Shown here piece by piece: positions 26,332-33,821 of a stretch of 47,783 nt of DNA (its first letter is position 1; each line of letters opens with the position of its first letter). Origin of the DNA: a virus (Duplodnaviria > Heunggongvirae > Uroviricota > Caudoviricetes). Location of the stretch: positions 97,731-145,513 of the IMG/VR virus record IMGVR_UViG_2922289487_000003; one strand, written 5' to 3'. Below the pieces are notes generated by a model. That model searched no databases. It saw nothing but the letters and a program-made list of their open reading frames with translations, and had not been told where the DNA came from. Made by a program: the position numbers and the translations under genes.

Positions 26332-26353
26332 AAAAAATCCTTTTCGTTACTTA

Positions 26354-27934
26354 TCACTCGGTCTCTTGAGTAGATGAGTCCCCATTCCCTCGGGGTTGAT
26401 CTCGCCCGCTTTCCTGGGCTGTATTGCGATCATAAGTAAGTACTGACTTATTTTCAAGGGTGTTAAGATCATTTTTTTGAGGATATTTCAAGAGATCTTT
26501 TCTAAATTCTTTCTGCATCGCCTCAGTGACGTTCGGGAAAATCTTCTCAATGAGCATTTCCATCTGATGACGACGTACAGAATCCGGCGCCTGGAGCAGC
26601 GACAATTTCTCAGCGACGGCAAATTCATCCGTTAGTCCACGAATGTCAAAACTCTCCGGGTACGCGATGAGAGAATGGTCTTCATCCAGATCGACACCCA
26701 TCCATAACGCGACCAGTTGCATCATCTGGCGCTCTGCCCTTTCAAGGCGTTCTGCTTTTGTCACCAGCAGACTGTTAACGCGCTGGAAATCGTACATCTT
26801 GGCTGCACCGGATGAATTATCGATGCCCTGCGCGTTGTCCTGCTTGGTTCGTTCACCGGCGACACCAACGGAATGGTAGATCTCGTTAATCACCGTCTTA
26901 ATTGTGGTGATGATCATCTGAGCCTGCTTCGGATCTGGAGACAGGTAGAACGGCTGATTCCCGCCTTCTGAGTCATAGGTAAAGACGCGTTTTGTCCCCA
27001 TTTCCAGCACCTTGTCGTGGTTCTCATCGCCAGGCAGTAATGACTGAACCGGGATAGCCAGTTGGCTGAACGTCTGATCCTGAATGATGGCATCAAGGTT
27101 CGACAGGTAGTTGGCCACGGCCCGGTCAAGGTACGCGATATCGTCGATCAGCGACGGACTGAAATACGGGGATTCGCTTTCACCAATGCAGTCCACCGGG
27201 AACACCGGCACCACACCCAGGTCGTGTTTGCCACTGTCCTCCAGCACGACCTTCGCCTGACGACGGCCAGTGCCTTTCTTCACTTCTTCGCGAAAGAGAT
27301 ACCATGAGGTTTGAGTCCAGAGTCGATAACGCAAGAACTCCTGTCCCGTTGAAGTAAACGGATCGGCATCGTCACGCCCGACTTCAACGATTAATGCCCA
27401 GAGCATATTGCCGTCTTCATCCCAGGCGACATCGAGCATCTGTTGCGGAGAAATCCAGTAGGCATAGGCTCTGGCGTCGTTTTTCTTCTCGTCGGCGACC
27501 GACTCAACATCGCCGTTCATGGTGCTGTCCACGACAACCCAGATACGACCGTAAATAGACGACTGGAGATCGATGGCCGCCATGAAAGCATCAATGGAGA
27601 TGTTCTGCCGGGTCGCACGCTTCCAGAAGTTGCGGATCTGCTCCGGTGCTTCATCAGTGTTGCGGTGGATATCCTCTTTGAAGAGATACTTGTTGATGAG
27701 GTTCACCACTTCACGCGTATGGTTGAAGCGGTACGCTCGCTCCAGACGTTCCTTGAACTCCTGATCACCTTCTTTGAAGTAACGGAAAATGTTGTCATTG
27801 AACCAGCTACGACCGCCAGCGTAGGTGCTGGCGAGGAAGTCCCAATGCTCTTTTTTCTTCTCATATTCCGGGTGGCGTCGTGCCACCAGATCTTTGATTT
27901 GCTTATCAGTCAATTCCATTTGCTTTATTTCCAT
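26354..27934 (-). CDS. Portal protein
   Basis: 526 aa after terL; YAGG, RLERAYRFN, SSGAAK.YD motifs. Confidence 0.85.
   Translation of the reverse strand: MEIKQMELTDKQIKDLVARRHPEYEKKKEHWDFLASTYAGGRSWFNDNIFRYFKEGDQEFKERLERAYRFNHTREVVNLINKYLFKEDIHRNTDEAPEQIRNFWKRATRQNISIDAFMAAIDLQSSIYGRIWVVVDSTMNGDVESVADEKKNDARAYAYWISPQQMLDVAWDEDGNMLWALIVEVGRDDADPFTSTGQEFLRYRLWTQTSWYLFREEVKKGTGRRQAKVVLEDSGKHDLGVVPVFPVDCIGESESPYFSPSLIDDIAYLDRAVANYLSNLDAIIQDQTFSQLAIPVQSLLPGDENHDKVLEMGTKRVFTYDSEGGNQPFYLSPDPKQAQMIITTIKTVINEIYHSVGVAGERTKQDNAQGIDNSSGAAKMYDFQRVNSLLVTKAERLERAERQMMQLVALWMGVDLDEDHSLIAYPESFDIRGLTDEFAVAEKLSLLQAPDSVRRHQMEMLIEKIFPNVTEAMQKEFRKDLLKYPQKNDLNTLENKSVLTYDRNTAQESGRDQPRGNGDSSTQETE
26432..26451. promoter_or_regulatory. 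20-bp palindromic motif copy inside the portal 3' end, 100 bp upstream of the scaffold gene
   Basis: ATAAGTAAGTACTGACTTAT; on the minus strand runs into TATGAT. Confidence 0.7.
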
Positions 27935-27936
27935 AT

Positions 27937-27956
27937 GTAGGTAAGTAATTACTTAT
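27937..27956. promoter_or_regulatory. 20-bp palindromic motif copy between terL and portal
   Basis: GTAGGTAAGTAATTACTTAT, overlapping the terL stop. Confidence 0.7.
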
Positions 27957-29209
27957 CTAGATCCACCAAGAATAACACGATTTTTCACCGGATACCTACG
28001 ATGAACCGGATACCCCAGCGCATCCGCGCTGTGCTCGATGCCACCCGTCTTATCAACGTCGCGCGAACCAGGCTTGTAGATGACCTTCTCCAGTGAATCG
28101 ATAAGGTGTTTGCACTTCGGATCGATGAACAAACGTGTCTCACCAGACGCACTCATCAGCATACGGTTCACGGCATTGACGCGGTCGGCGATCGCCGGGT
28201 GCTTCTTCGGATAGTCGACGCGAAGGAATCCCTTCTCTTTGAAGATATCGATGTCAGACTCACCACGAGCGTGCTGGCGATATGCACCTGCCGGGTCGGG
28301 GAAGATTGTGACCTGAGACTTCCAGCGCCAGAAGCGACGCTCCAGCTCATCACACACCTCTGCCGTGTTGGATGAGAAGAGCACCAGCTCGTCGACCGCC
28401 CACAGCTCGCCATTAGGTTGCGGCTGCAGGATGACCGAAGACATCGGGTCGATGTTGAAGTCCTGACCAACCCAGATCGGCAGCTTCGGATTGAACTGGA
28501 GTGGCTTCACATGCACGTTGCGGTCGAACGGGTAGTAAACGCGACCGGACATGTTTTCAAAGCTTGCCAGGTATTCCTGCGCGAACGATTTAGGGTCCAT
28601 ATCGTTCTTCGCGGCTTCGATTTCCGCTGTTGGCACGAATGGAGAGTCAGCGGTAACGAACTGCCAGCTTTTCCACTGTCCTTTACGTTGCAGCTCTTTG
28701 TTCTGGCCTATCGTCCACAGCTTGTGGAACTCTGAGAAGCCTTTCGGTGTACCGATGATCAGCGCACCACCACGGGTGGAGGACAGCGTCGGACGAAGTA
28801 CCTTGTACCAGGTGTCCGCCTTCATATCCTGAAATTCATCGAGCACCACAAAATGCAGCGCCACACCGCGAAGTGTGTCTGGCTTATCCGCGCCTTTCAG
28901 CGCGATCTCAGAGCCGTTCTTCAACACGATGGTCATCGTGGTGTCGTTTTTCTTGCGCACCCACTTACGCGGCAGCACTTCTTGCAGGTCATCCCACAGG
29001 ATCTGGCGAGCCATCTGGTAGGTCGGTGCGACGTACCAGACTCGCTGCTTTTTCGCTTTGGCTGCGGCGCGAATGATGGTGGAGATCGACAGACGGGATT
29101 TTCCCCAGCGTCGACCGGCGCACACCACTTTGAAACGATGTGGCGACTGGAAGACTTTCATCTGCCCGGAATGCAGCTGTACGAGACTCAGAGACGACGG
29201 GATGGCCAT
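27953..29209 (-). CDS. terL: Terminase large subunit
   Basis: Walker A CAGRRWGKS, WYVAPT, Walker B VVLDEF, IIGTPKG, nuclease GQDFN and H.ADALGY. Confidence 0.95.
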   Translation of the reverse strand: MAIPSSLSLVQLHSGQMKVFQSPHRFKVVCAGRRWGKSRLSISTIIRAAAKAKKQRVWYVAPTYQMARQILWDDLQEVLPRKWVRKKNDTTMTIVLKNGSEIALKGADKPDTLRGVALHFVVLDEFQDMKADTWYKVLRPTLSSTRGGALIIGTPKGFSEFHKLWTIGQNKELQRKGQWKSWQFVTADSPFVPTAEIEAAKNDMDPKSFAQEYLASFENMSGRVYYPFDRNVHVKPLQFNPKLPIWVGQDFNIDPMSSVILQPQPNGELWAVDELVLFSSNTAEVCDELERRFWRWKSQVTIFPDPAGAYRQHARGESDIDIFKEKGFLRVDYPKKHPAIADRVNAVNRMLMSASGETRLFIDPKCKHLIDSLEKVIYKPGSRDVDKTGGIEHSADALGYPVHRRYPVKNRVILGGSR

Positions 29210-29211
29210 AA

Positions 29212-29853
29212 TCAGACGCTCCCATCACTTTCATCACCCGACACGTCAGAATCGCTCTCAGCTTCGCTCAGTGCTTCTTCTTCGAGTGACTCAAGCAGAT
29301 CGTCATCGAGCAACTCAGGCTCATCGTCTTCCTTACGCAACTGCGCAACCTGGGAAGGTGTCAGCTCACCAAAGACCAGATTCGGAATATCGTCGTCTTC
29401 GCCTTCAGCGCTATCCATACCGAGCGCTTTCGACGAAATTTCGAAACACTTGGCGAGTGTGCCGCTGGCACGCTGTATGCTCTTGATGTCGTCCTCAATG
29501 GAGGCGAGTGGTCTGCCGTCCTTTTTGGCTGTGGCCACCTCGTGCATCACCATCCGACCGAGCGCAAACGCCCAATCGTCATAACGGGTGCGACGTTCTT
29601 CTATCTTCTCTGCGCGAGCTTTTGCACGCAGTTCTGCGTCGGATTTAAGCGACTCGCGCACCATCTTTCCAACGGAATCAGCGCCTTTCTCTAACCCACG
29701 CTTTTTGAAATGTCTGGAGAGCGTTTCACGACGAATGCCGTACTCTTCCTCCAGCTTTGAGAGCGTATATTCACCGGAAGTCCACTTAGCTTCGGCTTCT
29801 GCCCACTCAGCTGGCGACAGGCGAGTTTTGCTCTCGTCTTTTTCTACAGTCAT
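29212..29853 (-). CDS. terS: Terminase small subunit
   Basis: N-terminal HTH (YTLSKLEEEYGIRRETLSRHF), acidic tail, directly upstream of terL. Confidence 0.8.
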   Translation of the reverse strand: MTVEKDESKTRLSPAEWAEAEAKWTSGEYTLSKLEEEYGIRRETLSRHFKKRGLEKGADSVGKMVRESLKSDAELRAKARAEKIEERRTRYDDWAFALGRMVMHEVATAKKDGRPLASIEDDIKSIQRASGTLAKCFEISSKALGMDSAEGEDDDIPNLVFGELTPSQVAQLRKEDDEPELLDDDLLESLEEEALSEAESDSDVSGDESDGSV

Positions 29854-29892
29854 AGATCCCTCTAAAACACTCAGAGCGCATCCTTGCGCCCC

Positions 29893-29934
29893 TAAACAAT
29901 TTGTTTAAATCACTGCCTAACCAATTTGTTTTCT
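29893..29934. promoter_or_regulatory. Two tandem 17-bp operator copies upstream of terS (29893-29909, 29918-29934)
   Basis: TAAACAATTTGTTTAAA and TAACCAATTTGTTTTCT. Confidence 0.65.
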
Positions 29935-29960
29935 GCGGTGTTTAAAACCAGTCTGGGGAG

Positions 29961-30024
29961 TTTTCAGAACCTGCTTCCGTATATATTTAATAAGTCACTT
30001 AGTATTTATATATACGGAAGCAGG
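29961..30024. repeat. ~65-bp palindromic element, copy B (perfect 16-bp arms, TAAGTCACTTA core)
   Basis: CCTGCTTCCGTATATA (29970-29985) and TATATACGGAAGCAGG (30009-30024); inverted homolog of 1495-1560. Confidence 0.85.
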
Positions 30025-30048
30025 CTTCAAATTGACTCCCAGACCGAC

Positions 30049-30315
30049 TTACATCATCAGTAATTTGGCTCTCGCACGACCTAACGTGGTCAACCCCAGC
30101 GTGCGCCGGTGATAGCCAGAATCACCACGCTGGCGGCACAGCCCTTTCTCCACCAGCCCCTTTTTCACCAGTGCGCGGATCGAGAACTGCATACTCTGTT
30201 TCGTGGTTTTGTACGGCAGAACTTCCAGCAGCTCGTCCAGATCGAGCAGGTGACCGCGCTCATGCCCTAAATTGATGGTTTTGATGATATCTTTCTGTTT
30301 GTCGGTCAAAGTCAT
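30049..30315 (-). CDS. Winged-helix DNA-binding protein (88 aa)
   Basis: LTDKQKDII...TKQSMQFSIRALVKKGLVEK...RRTLGLTTLGR, MarR-like pattern. Confidence 0.75.
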   Translation of the reverse strand: MTLTDKQKDIIKTINLGHERGHLLDLDELLEVLPYKTTKQSMQFSIRALVKKGLVEKGLCRQRGDSGYHRRTLGLTTLGRARAKLLMM

Positions 30316-30324
30316 GGCAAATCC

Positions 30325-31215
30325 TTATGCCGGTAAAGCAATTTCAAGCGGTTTGTTCAGTGGTTGTTTGTCAAAGGCCAGTAGTGGCAGCGTGTCTGGC
30401 AACTGGCGACCAAAGTCTGGGTTGCGGTACACGCCATACAACGGAGAAGTAAAGCTCAGGTTGTGAATATCCTTGAGCAGCTTCACGATGCTGGCTTCAT
30501 CCACCAGGCTGTCAGCAATGTCCTGAATGGTTGTGCCACGGTTGCGACCGGCTTTCGCCAGAGAACTGTTCTTGTGGTAGTCGGCCACCAGATCGCGTAA
30601 CGCGCGACGACGGCGTGACTCACTCATGGCAAACAGCTCTTTCACGATGGACTCGTTGTCACCAGGGTCGGAACGGAAATGACGCTGGAAAACACGCAGC
30701 GCACTCTCATAGCTCTTCGGGCGCTCCGGACGGATGAACTGGAACCCTGCTTTCATGGCGAACGGGTTGTATTTGCTCATCGACGACTGGATTTCGATAA
30801 TTGGCCGGTCATGCATCCTGCTGACCAGGTTAATCATGCGATAAGAGACGCCGACGCCGCGGTACTGCGTATCCACAACGGAACGGCTGATCACCGCGAA
30901 GTTGTTATTCACATACCGGCCCCAGTACTGGTTGGCCACGGTGGTGTTTGTTGTCGGCTTCAGCTTCGGAAACATACGATGACGAGGCGCCAGTAACAGT
31001 TTGGGGAACGCCATCACCACAACACCCACCAGCCGACCATCCAGCTCGCAGCGATAGTAAGTCGGTGCAAAAGGCTTGCCGTCCGTCTTGTAGTGCAGCG
31101 ATTTCAGCGCGTGCCAGTCATCGACCGTACCTTTGGTGACGACCATGCGTTCCAGAAAATCCAGGTGTCGCGGGAACTCTTCCGGGCGATAACGCCTGAT
31201 AATGATGTCTGTCAT
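30325..31215 (-). CDS. GNAT-fold acetyltransferase-like protein (296 aa)
   Basis: ISRSVVDTQYRGVGVS acetyl-CoA motif; RLVGVVVM strand; NPFAMKAGF. Confidence 0.7.
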   Translation of the reverse strand: MTDIIIRRYRPEEFPRHLDFLERMVVTKGTVDDWHALKSLHYKTDGKPFAPTYYRCELDGRLVGVVVMAFPKLLLAPRHRMFPKLKPTTNTTVANQYWGRYVNNNFAVISRSVVDTQYRGVGVSYRMINLVSRMHDRPIIEIQSSMSKYNPFAMKAGFQFIRPERPKSYESALRVFQRHFRSDPGDNESIVKELFAMSESRRRRALRDLVADYHKNSSLAKAGRNRGTTIQDIADSLVDEASIVKLLKDIHNLSFTSPLYGVYRNPDFGRQLPDTLPLLAFDKQPLNKPLEIALPA

Positions 31216-31763
31216 CGCACCACCACCCTACGATTGCAGGAACCGCCTCTGCTGATCGTTGATACCGGACGCGTCACGATGGATTCGATGGCCGGCAGCC
31301 CGCCCGCCTTTTTGTCAGCAAGAAACTGGAGACGTGCGCGACTGAACTCCTCTGCGATATAACCCTGCAGATAGGTCAGAGCCTCCTGATCGGTTAACTC
31401 AACACCGTGATATTCCGCCGTCATCAGTGCGATATGTAATGCTTCATGCCAGTAGACAGATTCTTCGTACTTCTCCGGCAGATAAACACAATGCACCAGT
31501 GAGTCAGCGGGAACGTAGCCCAGAGGCGTTACCATTCCACCGATACCGTAGACAAAATCGCCCTCGTCCAGACCGTACAACTGCTTGACGGTCTCTACGT
31601 AACGGCGATCGCCAAACACGACACAGCAGCGATTAAAATACGGCGCGACACGGAACCCGTAAGCCCCATGCGCACGCAACCAGTCCTGCCACTCTGCCTC
31701 GGTTGTCCAGCGGCGACGCAGATCAGCGCCTTCATAAATGGGGAAGACTTTCTTAATCTGCAT
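31212..31763 (-). CDS. Putative zincin metallopeptidase (HExxH...E)
   Basis: VYWHEALHIAL followed by DQEALTYL. Confidence 0.6.
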   Translation of the reverse strand: MQIKKVFPIYEGADLRRRWTTEAEWQDWLRAHGAYGFRVAPYFNRCCVVFGDRRYVETVKQLYGLDEGDFVYGIGGMVTPLGYVPADSLVHCVYLPEKYEESVYWHEALHIALMTAEYHGVELTDQEALTYLQGYIAEEFSRARLQFLADKKAGGLPAIESIVTRPVSTISRGGSCNRRVVVR

Positions 31764-32394
31764 ATTCCACCTTCACTCGCTCTTTGTAGTGCTTGGTGAT
31801 CTGCATATCCGGACGCAGCGCGTTTTTCAGGTCTTCGTGGGTCGTTGCCACCATGACCGTCGCCCCAACCTTTCGGGCAGCACGCTGGAGGTTCGACGCC
31901 ACAACCTGAGCAGTTACGCGGTCGAGAACTGCCCCGAACTCATCGGCAGCCCAGACTTTTGCGCCGGATTCGATGAGTTTGGCGATCTTGAGACGATATT
32001 TCTGGCCGTCAGACATCTCGGATGGCTTGCGCACAAAAAGATAGGCGTCATTCAGACCGGCCATAGAAAGCAATCCCAGCGCCTCGCTGGTGGTCTTGCC
32101 CAACTGGTCAATCACGTTGATCTCATTGTCGAAGGTGAAGTCATCGATCGATGCGACTGACAGCCCCTCTTCCTTCATCTGACGTTGCAGTTCGCGCAGC
32201 ACGACAGATTTACCGGAACCTGACTGGCCGGTGATGTACACCACATCGCCCTGCCCCACTTCCAGCTCCAGATTGTCGTAAAGCGTCCACTCTTTTTCGT
32301 CCAGGCCAAGACCGAACGATTCGGCAATCTCCAGCGTGCGCGTGGTCTTGTTTACGCGGGTCTGAAACGACACATTGATGGTGTATTTGCTCAT
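31753..32394 (-). CDS. Stand-alone ABC-type ATPase (no membrane partner)
   Basis: Walker A GQSGSGKS, signature MSDGQKYR, Walker B AADEF, D-loop GAVLD, H-loop TTHE. Confidence 0.9.
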   Translation of the reverse strand: MSKYTINVSFQTRVNKTTRTLEIAESFGLGLDEKEWTLYDNLELEVGQGDVVYITGQSGSGKSVVLRELQRQMKEEGLSVASIDDFTFDNEINVIDQLGKTTSEALGLLSMAGLNDAYLFVRKPSEMSDGQKYRLKIAKLIESGAKVWAADEFGAVLDRVTAQVVASNLQRAARKVGATVMVATTHEDLKNALRPDMQITKHYKERVKVEYAD

Positions 32395-33059
32395 GCAGCC
32401 AGCTCCCCGGACGAAACTTTCTCCGCATACGCTACGAAAGCGTCTACCCCGCTCTCTCCCGTCATTTCTTCCATGTGGGCAAGCAAATCCCCCACCACGA
32501 TGGCAGAGCCAGCAGGGAGCGTTTTAAAGCCCAATACGTCGATGACGCGGACTTCTTCTGCGGCGACTTCGCTACTGATTTCCTTGTGCTCTTCCTTCTG
32601 GCGTTCTGTTTCTTCGCCCAGATCGAGCACCAGTGAGCCGGTGTCCATCTCTTCGGTCATGCTGCCGACCAGCACATTAAGCTCGCGCTCTTCAAAACCG
32701 AAGACCTCGACGTCGCCAAGCACCAGCAATTCCAGTTCCTGCTGCAATTTGATGGCGTCGTAGTCAATGCTGGACAGACGGTTGTCTTCCAGACGCTTTG
32801 CCTTCACTTCGTCTTCGCTCAGATCATCACGAACGATCACCGGCACGCGTTTCAGACCTGCCAGAAGCGCTGCCTCGCGACGACCGTGGCCGGTAATGAT
32901 GACATCGTGCCTGTCGACGGTGATCGGCTGGTCAAAACCGCGCTTTTTGATGGCGGCAGCCAGATCGCGGATCTGCTGTTCGTCGTGCTTTTTAGCGTTC
33001 ATCTCATACGGGATGAGTTCTGCCGGGTCCCGGTAGACGATTTCGAAGTTTTTGGTCAT
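32391..33059 (-). CDS. ParB/Srx N-terminal-domain protein with acidic C-terminus
   Basis: LIPYEMNAKKH, GFDQPITVD, IITGHGRREAA, RLEDNR. Confidence 0.85.
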   Translation of the reverse strand: MTKNFEIVYRDPAELIPYEMNAKKHDEQQIRDLAAAIKKRGFDQPITVDRHDVIITGHGRREAALLAGLKRVPVIVRDDLSEDEVKAKRLEDNRLSSIDYDAIKLQQELELLVLGDVEVFGFEERELNVLVGSMTEEMDTGSLVLDLGEETERQKEEHKEISSEVAAEEVRVIDVLGFKTLPAGSAIVVGDLLAHMEEMTGESGVDAFVAYAEKVSSGELAA

Positions 33060-33739
33060 CACATACGCTCCTTGTAGTTGTCGACCAGCCACACCAGAGC
33101 TTCACCGGCGTTCTCCATTTCGTTGCCTGTATTGATGCCCTGCTCTTTGATGATGGTTTTGATGGTGTCGGCAACGCGATCAGACGCGTCAAACGTGACT
33201 TTGAAGCGCATCGTCTGGTGTTCGGTGCCAACGCGTTCAATTTTCTCGCGTGTGTCCTTCTCAACTGGCTCATCATCACCACGGGAGAGCGCTTCCAGCG
33301 CTTCGAGGTCGATAACCGACGCTTTGGCGAGTGTTGCCGCCATTTCATCGTCATACGGGGCGATATCGGAGAGTCGGTAGTCGAGATCAGACTGGATTTC
33401 TTCGATCAAACGCTGCAATGCAACCTGATCGTCTTCGCCGTAGCGTTCGTTATCGACGAGAGACATCTGTTTGGCCACCAGGTCGCTGATTTTGCCCACA
33501 GAGATGACAGGAACCGTCGAAATCCCCTGCTCCATAGCAGCACGCCAGCGGTGTTCGCCGCCGAGGATCTCAAAAATGCCGCCGCCCAGCTCCCGCGCCA
33601 GAATAGGCTTAAAAAATCCCAGCTTTTCGATAGAACCTTTCAGTTTTTCGAAGTTTTGCGCGCCAACCGAGTTGGTATTCCAGGGATTCGGACGCAGGTT
33701 CGCGACTTCAACCTGCAAAATCGTAATTTTCACGCTCAT
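33059..33739 (-). CDS. ParB/Srx N-terminal-domain protein
   Basis: LRPNPWNTN, GFFKPILAR, ILGGEHRWRAA, SLVDNE. Confidence 0.85.
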   Translation of the reverse strand: MSVKITILQVEVANLRPNPWNTNSVGAQNFEKLKGSIEKLGFFKPILARELGGGIFEILGGEHRWRAAMEQGISTVPVISVGKISDLVAKQMSLVDNERYGEDDQVALQRLIEEIQSDLDYRLSDIAPYDDEMAATLAKASVIDLEALEALSRGDDEPVEKDTREKIERVGTEHQTMRFKVTFDASDRVADTIKTIIKEQGINTGNEMENAGEALVWLVDNYKERM

Positions 33740-33760
33740 TTTCCTGATACAATCCATTGT

Positions 33761-33780
33761 ATAAGTACTTACTTACTATA
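33761..33780. promoter_or_regulatory. 20-bp palindromic motif copy (degenerate) upstream of the ParB operon
   Basis: ATAAGTACTTACTTACTATA; TACAAT follows on the minus strand. Confidence 0.6.
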
Positions 33781-33821
33781 ATAGCCAATTAACATACAAA
33801 AGGCACGAAGGAAAGAGGTTT

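Noticed and set aside
31753-32394. ABC ATPase as a transporter subunit
   Set aside because: No permease or substrate-binding gene nearby; neighbours are soluble enzymes.
32391-33739. The two ParB-domain genes as the plasmid partition ParB
   Set aside because: They lack an evident HTH/parS-binding region, sit in a late-type operon 29 kb from parA, and parA already has a coupled RHH partner.
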